DNA of 64,000 nucleotides from the NCBI GenBank assembly GCA_963663765.2, contig CAXXUA010000015.1:160001-224000 (forward strand). The letters are read 5' to 3'. Position numbers and translations under genes: made by a program. The notes under the pieces were generated by a model. The model did no database searches and was not told the origin of the DNA. It saw only the letters and a list, made by a program, of their open reading frames with translations. Of this stretch, positions 38,889-49,245 are shown piece after piece. Source of the stretch: Candidatus Poribacteria bacterium. Lineage in GTDB: Bacteria > Poribacteria > WGA-4E > WGA-3G. Numbering within the stretch: the stretch's first letter is position 1; every line of letters begins with the position of its first letter.

Positions 38889-40781
38889 ATGAACAAGCTA
38901 ATCTTTTTTTCAATTTTTTTACCGTTGATATCATTAATAAGTCTATCAAGTTCAATTGCTCAAGAAGATCCACAATTGAACTTACCTGAAGGTGTAATAG
39001 CACGTATAGGTAAAGGTGGGATTAAGACAATAAGATTTTTCCCTGATGGAACGAAACTGGCAGTTGGCAGCACCATCGGAATATGGATTTATGATATTCA
39101 AACCGGTGAAGCAATTGATTTGCTAACTACTCATACAGGACCTGTCAATTCAATAGCATTCACGCCAGATGGAAAAACGTTTGCATCTGCAAGTGATGAT
39201 AACACAGCGAGGATGTGGGATGCAAAAACTGGAAAAAACAAAGAAATGTTCTTTGAACTTCCTGGAGATGCTGATGCATTAGATATTAATTCTAATGGTA
39301 AGGTTATTGCTATTGGTTGTCATGATAGTATCCATCTATTTGATTTTCATACAGGATTACAGAAAACACGAGCCAAAAGACATACAGGGGAAGTTTCATC
39401 AGTAATATTCTCACCAAATGGGAAACTACTTGCCAGTTGTGCAAATGAGGGAGATGATTCCATTCTTCTATGGGATGCACAAACTGGCAACCTTTTGCGA
39501 GCTATTACAGAAGATGCGGATATAACATCTATTGTGTTCTCACAAGACAGCAGCACGCTTGCAAGTGCAACTTTGCAAGGAGATATTCGTTTGTGGGATG
39601 TCGTTACCGCTAAACTCCTCAAAACATGTGAGACAGAAAATTGGATGTATGAATGCAACTCTATGGAATTTTCTCCAGATGGACGAACACTTGCAGGTGG
39701 ATTTGATGGTGGGGTAGTGTGTATATGGGATACCGTCACTGGAAAAGTCAAAAAAACTATTGAGCATGAAGATGCGGTAGTATCAATTTCATATTCACCT
39801 GATGGGAGTGTCCTTGCAAGTGCAATGGAAAATGGTATTATCCAATTTTGGGATGTCTCAACAGGTAAACTCCAAAAGTCTATTCCAAGTAGAATACCCT
39901 ATATGTCTTCTGTGATATGTTCACCAAATACAAGAATGATAGCAGGTGGGAATGGCACGGATATCTGCTTCTGGGATTTAGACACAGGAAAACATATAAA
40001 CACTATTGTTGGTCCAAAGGATACTATTCATTCTGTATCAATTTCTTCTGACGGTAAGATCCTCGCAAGTGGAGGAGATTCTCAATTGGTGAGATTATGG
40101 AATGTCCAAAATGGAAGATTCCTCGGTACTTATTCAGGACATACAAATTCTATTTATGCTGTAGCTTTTTCACCCGATGATAGCACGCTTGCCAGTGCAA
40201 GTAGTGATAACACTATACGTTTGTGGGAAATTCGTAAAGGTGAACAAATCCTTACAGGTGCTCAATTGAATACGTTTGAAGGACATACCAATGGAGTCTC
40301 TGCTGTCACCTTTTCACCTGATGGAAATGTGCTTGCCAGTGGAAGTAAAGATAGAACAGTTCGATTGTGGGCAGTAAAGTCAGGCATCTTATTGAATACA
40401 CTGGTTGGTCACACAGGAGATGTACAGACGGTAAGGTTTTCACCTGATGGCAAATACCTCGTGAGTGGATGTTGTTGGAGTGGGATTTGGGATGGTAAAG
40501 TTTGTTTGTGGCATCTACAAACAGGTGAGCTCATATTAACCCTTGAAAATGAGACAGTTGCAGCTGCTACGTTTTCGCCAGATGGATCCATGCTTGTCTA
40601 CGCTAACGATGATACAATATACTTTTTTGACATTGACACAGAAAACACAATTACAATGTTAAAGGGACATACAGATGTGATTGATAGTCTTGCGTATTCA
40701 TCAGATGGTAAAACACTCGTAAGTGGTAGTTTAGATGGAACCATATTGATATGGGATATTGAAAAAACATTTGATAGATAG
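38889..40781 (+). CDS. Secreted WD40 repeat protein
   Basis: Signal peptide (SIA-QE), LPEGVIARIGKG and canonical GH...WD repeats. Confidence 0.92.
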   Translation: MNKLIFFSIFLPLISLISLSSSIAQEDPQLNLPEGVIARIGKGGIKTIRFFPDGTKLAVGSTIGIWIYDIQTGEAIDLLTTHTGPVNSIAFTPDGKTFASASDDNTARMWDAKTGKNKEMFFELPGDADALDINSNGKVIAIGCHDSIHLFDFHTGLQKTRAKRHTGEVSSVIFSPNGKLLASCANEGDDSILLWDAQTGNLLRAITEDADITSIVFSQDSSTLASATLQGDIRLWDVVTAKLLKTCETENWMYECNSMEFSPDGRTLAGGFDGGVVCIWDTVTGKVKKTIEHEDAVVSISYSPDGSVLASAMENGIIQFWDVSTGKLQKSIPSRIPYMSSVICSPNTRMIAGGNGTDICFWDLDTGKHINTIVGPKDTIHSVSISSDGKILASGGDSQLVRLWNVQNGRFLGTYSGHTNSIYAVAFSPDDSTLASASSDNTIRLWEIRKGEQILTGAQLNTFEGHTNGVSAVTFSPDGNVLASGSKDRTVRLWAVKSGILLNTLVGHTGDVQTVRFSPDGKYLVSGCCWSGIWDGKVCLWHLQTGELILTLENETVAAATFSPDGSMLVYANDDTIYFFDIDTENTITMLKGHTDVIDSLAYSSDGKTLVSGSLDGTILIWDIEKTFDR

Positions 40782-40855
40782 AAATCTTGATACACAGTTT
40801 CGTGTTTTTGGATAAAATCGGGGTTAAAAACTCCTCCTACGATTTACTATAGTTT

Positions 40856-41182
40856 CCTTGTTTTCGTCCAAACATTTCGGGATCCAGTTGATCAATGAGA
40901 GGTTATCAATCCCAGTCCCTATCTGATTTCAAAAGGGATCAAAAGGTCTCAAATTACGATACCCTACCTTTGAAACCCTCATCATAACTGGGCACCAGCA
41001 TTTTCAAGGCATCTTTGGTATCGGAAAAAGCGATAAAAATCGTAGTTTTTGTTTCCTTTTTCTTTGAAAGGTCCGTCCAAGTTCTGTGCTACCTTTTGAG
41101 GTGTTATTTTCTCAATGCGGGTATGGGTTTGTGTGCGCTCATAGTTGGTATGGTTTTTCACATTCATTGGACAAAAACAAGG
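40856..41182. mobile_element. 327-bp internally deleted IS/MITE with a 6-bp TSD
   Basis: TIRs CCTTGTTTTCGTCCAA / TTGGACAAAAACAAGG; TAGTTT at 40850-40855 and 41183-41188. Confidence 0.85.
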
Positions 41183-41281
41183 TAGTTTGGACAGATTTTT
41201 GCAAACATGAGTTGATAAGAAATTGATTCATCGCTTATGTTATCTAATCAAGACACAACGAACAAAACGCAAACCCTCTTT

Positions 41282-41432
41282 GCTCCAGCGGAGCAATATG
41301 TTTATAGCCATATTGTCAACCGACATCTCCGCTCCAGCGGAGCGGTATGTGAGTTCCAACACATTGCACTCCGCTGGAGTGCGAGATTGTGTGTATTCCG
41401 TTTTCTATAAACATAGCACTCCGCTGGAGTGC
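41282..41432. repeat. Cluster of four CTCCAGCGGAG / CTCCGCTGGAG hairpin repeats
   Basis: Two direct and two inverted hairpins with TATGTTTATAG / CTATAAACATA arms, the same architecture as at 2345-2478. Confidence 0.7.
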
Positions 41433-41571
41433 GGTATTTTCTCCAGTTTCATAATATATATACGAAACTCAAAGTAAAATAGATGTTATATTGAAAGCTC
41501 AACTTCTACAAGATGACAATTGTCAAAACTATAGTAAGATTTATCTGATTGGTTGTCAAAGGATTTTGCAA

Positions 41572-43533
41572 ATGGAATTCCAAAATATTGAACCTTACAC
41601 ACAATGGGGGCTTCCCCCAGGTGCAAAAGGCCGATTCGGCAAAGGTTTGTTCTATGATTTACAATTTTCTCCTGATGGGAGACTCATTGCAGTTGGTAGT
41701 TCAATCGGTGTGTGGTTATTTGATTCACAGACCATAAAGGAAGTCAATTATTTAGCAGGTCATAAGGACTTTGTTACAAATGTATATTTCAATCCAAAAG
41801 GTAAGACACTTGTAAGCCAAAGCGGCGATGGACAATATGCACCAATTGAGACAAAACTTTGGAATGTCCCTTCTGGGAAACTGATCACAACACAGAGTAA
41901 ACAGGTATTTAGTGTAAATTACATTGTCTTCAGTCCTGACGGTAAGACTCTCGCAATAGCCTATGATGTCTATGATGACAATAAATTACAATTATATGAT
42001 GGATTCTCTGGAGAGCTAAAGTCAACAATTAGAGGACATACTTACCAAGTATTAGCGTTTAGTCCAGATGGAAAAACAATTGCATGTGGCAAAAGTGAAC
42101 TCATTCGATTGTTGAACGTTTCAACAGGTGAGGTGATGTCTACATTTGCTGCACACGCCAATAATATTAAGACCATTAAATACTTCCCAAATGGTAAACT
42201 ACTTGTTAGTCATGGTGAAGATAACAATGTGTGTTTATGGAATGCTGATACCGGCGAATTTGTACGCAATTTCAGAGACGACACAAGTAATGTTACATCT
42301 ATTGACATTTCAAGAGATAGCAAAAAACTTGCTATCATCAATTCTAAAGGAACACTCACGTTATGGAATAGCCAGACAGGAGAGAAAATCAAAACTATCT
42401 CAAAGGTAACAAAATTGAATTCTGTGCAATACTCACCGGATGGTAAGACATTTGCATGTGATGTTGGTGAAAACGGAACAATGCTACTATTTGATGCTGA
42501 AGCGGGAGAGTTATTACATAACCTCAAAATGCCTGGAATAAGAACATGTGAGAACGATTTTGGGTATTCACCTGATGGATGCACACTTGCTGTTTCCAAC
42601 GGATTTGAAATCTTTTTATACGATGTAAATAGTGGTGAACTACAATCAACGAACAAGGGATTTGCTGAAGTACTATATGATGGGATCACGTTCAATCCAA
42701 ATGAGAATCAATTGACAAGTTATTCCTATATTGTGGGTATTTGGGATTTAAATCATTACAAACTACAGAAAACTATTGAAACCAACGGTATGGTTTCTGT
42801 AGTAACTTATTCACCAGATGGTAAAACTATGGCTATCGGAAATTATGATGATACAATTTCACTTTGGGATCTGACTAAATGGGAAATAATTTACACTCTT
42901 GAAGGACATACAGATTGTATTACTTCGGTAGAATTTAGTCCAGATAGTAAGGTAATTGCAAGTGCATGTTGTGATAATACAATTAAAATGTGGGATGCTA
43001 ACACAGGTGAGCAAATACAAACTCTATCAGGTTATTCAACTTGTATTGATGCTATGAGATTCTCAACAAATGAACAGAAAATTGTGGTTATTGGCGATGA
43101 TAGAATTGTTAAAACTTGGAATGTAAAATCAGGTGAAATTGTTAACACTATTGAAATGAATTTTGAAGGTGTTTCCTTTTCATCTATATGTTTTTCTCCT
43201 GACGGTAAAACCCTTGCAACTGCCAGCGAATCATGCAACATCAGTCTATGGGATGTCTCAACAGGTGAACACAAGAATTCTGCTAATTTTGAAGATAAAG
43301 GTGATTATATCGTCTATCCAACAATCGATATTGTGTATTCACCAAACAGCAAAATCATTGCATGCGCAGTATCATGTTTAATCTTTTTATGGGATGTTGA
43401 AACTGGTGAACTTCTTAACACATTGAAAGGGCATTTAGACAAAATTAATTCTATCACCTTTTCATCCGACGGTAAAACACTTGCAAGTAGCAGTAGAGAC
43501 AACACAGTAATTTTATGGGATTTTACAAAATAA
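41572..43533 (+). CDS. WD40 repeat protein without signal peptide
   Basis: YTQWGLPPGAKGRFGKG then WD40 repeats; paralog of 36788; start uncertain (41491 or 41572). Confidence 0.88.
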   Translation: MEFQNIEPYTQWGLPPGAKGRFGKGLFYDLQFSPDGRLIAVGSSIGVWLFDSQTIKEVNYLAGHKDFVTNVYFNPKGKTLVSQSGDGQYAPIETKLWNVPSGKLITTQSKQVFSVNYIVFSPDGKTLAIAYDVYDDNKLQLYDGFSGELKSTIRGHTYQVLAFSPDGKTIACGKSELIRLLNVSTGEVMSTFAAHANNIKTIKYFPNGKLLVSHGEDNNVCLWNADTGEFVRNFRDDTSNVTSIDISRDSKKLAIINSKGTLTLWNSQTGEKIKTISKVTKLNSVQYSPDGKTFACDVGENGTMLLFDAEAGELLHNLKMPGIRTCENDFGYSPDGCTLAVSNGFEIFLYDVNSGELQSTNKGFAEVLYDGITFNPNENQLTSYSYIVGIWDLNHYKLQKTIETNGMVSVVTYSPDGKTMAIGNYDDTISLWDLTKWEIIYTLEGHTDCITSVEFSPDSKVIASACCDNTIKMWDANTGEQIQTLSGYSTCIDAMRFSTNEQKIVVIGDDRIVKTWNVKSGEIVNTIEMNFEGVSFSSICFSPDGKTLATASESCNISLWDVSTGEHKNSANFEDKGDYIVYPTIDIVYSPNSKIIACAVSCLIFLWDVETGELLNTLKGHLDKINSITFSSDGKTLASSSRDNTVILWDFTK

Positions 43534-43564
43534 AATCATTAACCAATACAGAGGTGTTGATAAT

Positions 43565-45382
43565 ATGAACAGAGAAAATCGACCACCCTACACACAATGG
43601 GGACTTCCCCCCGGTGCAATTGCACGTCTCGGAAAAGGTGGTCTTGAAAAGATACAATATTCACCTGATGGAACACAAATTGCCGCCACATGTATGATCG
43701 GTATTTGGATTTACGATGTACATACTTGTAAGGAAGTTACCCTCCTTTCACACGGTCAGAATCAAAGAACAAAGACACTCCCTCACTCTTGGTCAGGGAC
43801 TACACTCTTCACAGAAAATTGGGATGAACCTATTTCATTTACGTTATGGGATACACAGACCGGACAACGTAAAATTACCTTAAAGGAACAAGCAAAGGAA
43901 ATTAATAATATTCAGCTGTCACCAGATGGCACAACATTCGCATCTGTAGAATCGGATAAGTCAATCCGAATGTGGGATAGTCAAACAGGCCGTTTACGTT
44001 CTACTGTTATAGGACATACACAGCGAATCCTGACGTTAGCATTTTCAGCAGATAGCAAGGTTCTTGCCACCGCAGGTCTTGACGAAACTATTCGGCTTTG
44101 GGATGTCAGTGATAGTAGTTGTCTTGGAACACTTACAGGGAATGAAGATACTATTAGGCATTTGGTATTTTCTCCAAACGGCATCATTCTCGCCAGTCGA
44201 AGTTCGGACGAAACGCTCTGCTTGTGGGATGTAACTTCAGGTGAAAAGGTGGCAACCCTTGCAACTGACCTTGAGGGTTTAGGTCGAACGGTATTTTCTC
44301 CCGATGGCTCTCTTGCCGCATCGAATTCTGATGACCATTCTGTGCGGATATGGAATGCTGATACGGGTATAGAATACACCAGACTCATTGGACATAAAGC
44401 GTTAGTTTGGGATATAGCGTTTTCACCTGATGGTAAAACAGTTGCAAGTGTCAGCGAAGATAGTACAATCCGATTTTGGAATGTAAACAACGGCACCGAA
44501 AAGGGAGTCATCACTGGACATGCAAGATGGAGCAATTTTCTTGATTTTTCACCTGATGGAAGCATTCTCGCCAGCAGTGGAAGTGACAATACACCTCACT
44601 TGTGGGATATGAATACATATATAGAAACGACACCTTTTGACACGCCACACGATTCCATTGACCAAGTTGCATATTCTCCTGATGGTACAACACTCGCAAG
44701 TGCATGTGATGATAGAGTATTCTTGTATGATGTTGAAACGGGAGTGCAACGTACTGTCTTACAGGGACAAGCAGACTATATTCGCACAATGGCATTCGTA
44801 CCAAACAGCACTTTACTTGCCAGTGGGAGTGACGACAAAACAATCCGAATCTGGGACATTGATACAGGCAACCAATTAGCATTACTAACAGGACATACGG
44901 AAAATGTAAATGCAGTTGTATGTTCACCAGATGGTACAATTCTGGCAAGTTGTAGTGCTGATGGGACACTGCGTTTATGGAATGCACAAACAGGACATCC
45001 ACTTACTGTTCTTAGGGGACATTCCGAAAATATTTATGCGATAGCATTTTCACCAGATGGAAAAATCCTCGCTAGCGCGGGATGGGATAACACAATTCGG
45101 CTATGGAATCCATATACTTGTGAACTTATTTTTACTTTTGCAGTGCAAGATAATCTTTATGTTTTGGCTTTTTCAATTGATGGAAATATCCTTGCTGGTG
45201 GAGGTCAGGAAGATAGGGTCTATCTATGGGATCCATATACAGGTAACACAATAGCAGTCCTGAATGGTCACTACGCTGACGTTGAAGCATTGGTGTTCAG
45301 TCCTGATAGTAGAACACTCGCAAGTGGTGGGGATGATGGTACTGTTCTATTGTGGGATATTAACTCTATAAAAAAAATCTGA
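43565..45382 (+). CDS. WD40 repeat protein without signal peptide
   Basis: GAGGTG RBS; YTQWGLPPGAIARLGKG; canonical WD40 repeats. Confidence 0.92.
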   Translation: MNRENRPPYTQWGLPPGAIARLGKGGLEKIQYSPDGTQIAATCMIGIWIYDVHTCKEVTLLSHGQNQRTKTLPHSWSGTTLFTENWDEPISFTLWDTQTGQRKITLKEQAKEINNIQLSPDGTTFASVESDKSIRMWDSQTGRLRSTVIGHTQRILTLAFSADSKVLATAGLDETIRLWDVSDSSCLGTLTGNEDTIRHLVFSPNGIILASRSSDETLCLWDVTSGEKVATLATDLEGLGRTVFSPDGSLAASNSDDHSVRIWNADTGIEYTRLIGHKALVWDIAFSPDGKTVASVSEDSTIRFWNVNNGTEKGVITGHARWSNFLDFSPDGSILASSGSDNTPHLWDMNTYIETTPFDTPHDSIDQVAYSPDGTTLASACDDRVFLYDVETGVQRTVLQGQADYIRTMAFVPNSTLLASGSDDKTIRIWDIDTGNQLALLTGHTENVNAVVCSPDGTILASCSADGTLRLWNAQTGHPLTVLRGHSENIYAIAFSPDGKILASAGWDNTIRLWNPYTCELIFTFAVQDNLYVLAFSIDGNILAGGGQEDRVYLWDPYTGNTIAVLNGHYADVEALVFSPDSRTLASGGDDGTVLLWDINSIKKI

Positions 45383-45597
45383 TAGATTAAAAAACAAATA
45401 TACAGTAAAATTGTAAATACTCAGAGGTATTCAATTGTCGAAATGAACTCTTGTCGGAGGGGTTTTCAAACCTGATTTCTCCTTCTTGTGACAGCAACAG
45501 CGGAATTCCTCTATGCGACAATATATATTTCAATTGGTATTGTCTTGTCAAACTAGATTTTTTCTCTTCAAAATGAAAACAAGAAAGAGGAACGGAT

Positions 45598-46467
45598 ATG
45601 AAAATGCTGAGAATGGCACTCACAATATTACTGCTATTAATTTTCCTTAGTTATTTCAATGTCAATAGCCAAGAAATAGAGCAGTGGCGTCTACCAGACG
45701 GAGCAAAAGCACGAATTGGAAAAGGCAAAGCATTTAAGGTTGCTTATTTTCCAGATGGAGACAGAGTTGCTAGCTCGACAACTATCGGTGTATGGATCTA
45801 TGATTTGCGTACAGATAAACCATTGGATTTACTTACTGGTCATACTCGTCCAATAAAGTCTCTTACATTCAGTCCAGATAATAACACATTCGCCACAGCA
45901 TGTGATGATACGACTGTTAGGTTGTGGGATGCTAACACAGGTGAGCAAATACAAACTCTATCAGGTTATTCAACTTGTATTGATGCTATGAGATTCTCAA
46001 CAAATGAACAGAAAATTGTGGTTATTGGCGATGATAGAATTGTTAAAACTTGGAATGTAAAATCAGGTGAAATTGTTAACACTATTGAAATGAATTTTGA
46101 AGGTGTTTCCTTTTCATCTATATGTTTTTCTCCTGACGGTAAAACCCTTGCAACTGCCAACGAATCATGCAACATCAGTCTATGGGATGTCTCAACAGGT
46201 GAACACAAGAATTCTGCTAATTTTGAAGATAAAGGTGATTATATCGTCTATCCAACAATCGATATTGTGTATTCACCAAACAGCAAAATCATTGCATGCG
46301 CAGTATCATGGTTAATCTTCTTATGGGATGTTGAAACTGGTGAACTTCTTAACACATTGAAAGGGCATTTAGACAAAATTAATTCTATCGACTTTTCTGC
46401 TGACGGTAAAACTCTTGCAAGTAGCAGTAGAGACGACACAGCAATTTTATGGGATTTTTCAAAATAA
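45598..46467 (+). CDS. Chimeric short secreted WD40 protein
   Basis: N-terminal 109 aa resemble the 49246 gene; the remainder is near-identical to the C-terminus of 41572-43533 (offset 2934). Confidence 0.85.
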   Translation: MKMLRMALTILLLLIFLSYFNVNSQEIEQWRLPDGAKARIGKGKAFKVAYFPDGDRVASSTTIGVWIYDLRTDKPLDLLTGHTRPIKSLTFSPDNNTFATACDDTTVRLWDANTGEQIQTLSGYSTCIDAMRFSTNEQKIVVIGDDRIVKTWNVKSGEIVNTIEMNFEGVSFSSICFSPDGKTLATANESCNISLWDVSTGEHKNSANFEDKGDYIVYPTIDIVYSPNSKIIACAVSWLIFLWDVETGELLNTLKGHLDKINSIDFSADGKTLASSSRDDTAILWDFSK

Positions 46468-46498
46468 AATCATTAACCAATTCAGAGGTGTTGATAAT

Positions 46499-48304
46499 AT
46501 GAACAGAGAAAATCGACCTCCCTACACACAATGGGGGCTTCCCCCAGGTGCAAAAGCACGTCTTGGTAAAGGTACAGTTGTAAGACTTCAGTATTCTCCT
46601 GATGGCACACAATTGGCTGCCATCGGATCTATGGGTATTTGGCTGTATGATGCTTATACCTACAAAGAAATTGAGTTACTGAGAGTAGGGCAATTTCACG
46701 GATCAAATCCACTCCCACCTGCTTGGTCAGGGTCAACAATTGCAACAAATAATTGGGATGAATCAATTTCAATATGGGATGCACATAGAGGACAACGTCC
46801 AGTAACATTTATAGATAACGTAGAGAATGTTTATGATCTCGTCGTTTCGCCAGATGGTTCTACACTTGTTACTGCGGGAGTGGATAAAATAATTCGTTTT
46901 TGGGATCTTCGAACTGGTCGTTTAAGTAATACTGTTAATGGTCATAAAGATATAATTAACGCATTAGCCATATCTCCAGATGGAAGAATCCTTGCAAGTG
47001 GTAGCGATGACAAGACGGTTCGGCTATGGGACACCCAAAATGGTAGCCATCTCTCAACACTCAGTGGACATAATGCGGATATCTGTATGTTGGAGTTTTC
47101 TCCAAACGGCGTTATCCTTGCGAGTTGTTGTACCAACAAAACGATTATCTTATGGGATGTAGAAACCGGTTCAAAGCAGGTAACCTTTGAACCAGATATG
47201 GGGTATAATTGCCATTTTGCATTTTCAGCGGATGGCACCCTAATCGCAAGCGGTAGTACTGACAATAACATTAGAATTTGCAATGCTGATACAGGAATTG
47301 AATACAAAAGACTTTCTGGTCATACTTCCTTAGTATGGAGTTTAACGTTCTCTCCTGATGGTGGCACACTTGCAAGTACCGCTGAGGATAATACAATACG
47401 GTTCTGGAATATTAAGAATGGAACAGAAAAGGGCATCGTTTTTGGACACATGAATTGGGTACATTCCGTCAACTATTCACCAGACGGTAGTTATCTTGCT
47501 GTCGGTGGAAATCATAGAACACCTTACTTGTGGAATTTGGATGCCAACACTCACACGACACTCCCCGACAACCATTTTGGTTACATCGATGAGGTAGTAT
47601 TTTCTCCAGATGGAACAACGCTTGCCAGCGCCAGTCGTGATGTCAGAATTCTCTTATGGGATATGGAAACAAACACACAACGTGTCGCCTTAGAAGGTCA
47701 TACAGATATGATTCGCACACTCGCGTTTGCACCAAATAGCACGACCCTCGCCAGCGGCAGCGATGATGAGACTATCAGATTATGGGACATTGATACTGGT
47801 GAACAATTAGCAGTACTAAATGGACATACCAATTGGATTGGTACGGTTGCTATTTCTCCAGACGGTCGAACGCTTGCAAGTTGCAGTGCTGATGGGACAG
47901 TTCGTTTATGGAATGCATTTACCGGACACCCACTAACAGTTCTTAAAGGTCATTCCTCTGTTGTTTTTTCAGTGGTATTTTCACCAGATGGTAGAGTCCT
48001 CGCCAGCGGCAGTTCAGATGAAACAATTCGGTTTTGGGATGTGAAATCTTGCCAACATATCTCAACTGTTAGAGTACCAACGCACGTTCATTCTCTGGTA
48101 TATTCACCAGAAGGCTCCATCCTTGCAAGTGCAGGTCAGGATGGAAAAATTCGATTATGGGATGCACACACTGGAGATCTCCGTAAGGTCTTCAACGGAC
48201 ACTTATCTGATGTTGACACATTGGCTTTCAGTCCAGATGGGAAAACACTCGTAAGTGGTGGGGATGATGGAATTGTCTTTTTGTGGGATATTAACTCAAT
48301 TTAA
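46499..48304 (+). CDS. WD40 repeat protein without signal peptide (paralog of 43565)
   Basis: Start MNRENRPP set by homology and RBS; WD40 repeats. Confidence 0.92.
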   Translation: MNRENRPPYTQWGLPPGAKARLGKGTVVRLQYSPDGTQLAAIGSMGIWLYDAYTYKEIELLRVGQFHGSNPLPPAWSGSTIATNNWDESISIWDAHRGQRPVTFIDNVENVYDLVVSPDGSTLVTAGVDKIIRFWDLRTGRLSNTVNGHKDIINALAISPDGRILASGSDDKTVRLWDTQNGSHLSTLSGHNADICMLEFSPNGVILASCCTNKTIILWDVETGSKQVTFEPDMGYNCHFAFSADGTLIASGSTDNNIRICNADTGIEYKRLSGHTSLVWSLTFSPDGGTLASTAEDNTIRFWNIKNGTEKGIVFGHMNWVHSVNYSPDGSYLAVGGNHRTPYLWNLDANTHTTLPDNHFGYIDEVVFSPDGTTLASASRDVRILLWDMETNTQRVALEGHTDMIRTLAFAPNSTTLASGSDDETIRLWDIDTGEQLAVLNGHTNWIGTVAISPDGRTLASCSADGTVRLWNAFTGHPLTVLKGHSSVVFSVVFSPDGRVLASGSSDETIRFWDVKSCQHISTVRVPTHVHSLVYSPEGSILASAGQDGKIRLWDAHTGDLRKVFNGHLSDVDTLAFSPDGKTLVSGGDDGIVFLWDINSI

Positions 48305-48453
48305 AAATCTGATAGATTAAATAACAAATTTTCAGTAAACTTGTAAAAACTCAGAGGTATTTAATTGTGTAAATAAACTCTTGTAGGAGGGGTTTTCAAT
48401 CCAAGTTTCCCTTTTTTTACAGATACAGTGGATTTCCTCTATGCGACAGTATT

Positions 48454-49174
48454 TATGGGAAATTATGGAATTAATTACACACTTAACAGGTGGGAGCGAC
48501 CTTCTGGAAGTAACCGTTTCCTGCGTTGGTAGGAGCGACCTCCTGGTCGCGACCGTAGGTGGTTACTCTGTTCGGTAGGAGCGACCTCCTGGTCGCGATC
48601 GTAGGTGGTTACTCTGTTCGGTAGGAGCGACCTCCTGGTCGCGACCGTAGGGTGTTACTCTGTTCGGTAGGAGCGACCTCCTGGTCGCGACCGTAGGGTG
48701 GTTACTCTGTTCGGTAGGAGCGACCTCCTGGTCGCGACCGTATGGGGTTACTCTGTTCGGTAGGAGCGACCTCCCGGTCACGACCGTATGGGGTTACTCT
48801 GTTCGGTAGGAGCGACCTCCCGGTCGCGACCGTATGGGGTTACTCTGTTCGGTAGGAGCGACCTCCTGGTCGCGACCGTATGCAGACCATATAAAAAAAC
48901 ATTCGCGACCAGGAGGTCGCTCCTACCAAATAAAAGAATAGAATACTTATACCAATTCAAATAAATCTTGTCTCATTAAGGAATTCTACTGTTTACTGGC
49001 AGGTGGTTACTCTGTTCGGTAGGAGCGACCTCCTGGTCGCGACCGTATGCAGACCAGATAAAAAAACATTCGCGACCAGGAGGTCGCTCCTACCCAATAA
49101 AAGAATAGAATACATACATGGCAACCATTATGGTTAATTGTAGAAATGTAAACTTATTTTATAATTTCACCATA
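48454..49174. mobile_element. About 720-bp TA-ended element with an amplified GTAGGAGCGACC REP array
   Basis: Absent from the paralogous intergenic site at about 45520-45530; ends TATGGGAAATTAT / ATAATTTCACCATA; eight tandem 46-47-bp REP units (48528-48880) plus inverted copies. Confidence 0.85.
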
Positions 49175-49245
49175 TTTACTTTGGTATTACCTTGTCAAAC
49201 TATAGTTTTTTCTCTTCAATATGAAAACAAGAAAGAGGAGCGGAT

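Noticed and set aside
42991-46467. Diversity-generating retroelement TR/VR pair
   Set aside because: Mismatches are not adenine-specific (T/G and T/C occur) and there is no reverse transcriptase in the window.
48528-48960. CRISPR array or short minus-strand ORFs
   Set aside because: Linkers are near-identical rather than unique spacers; the ORFs are translations of the REP array.
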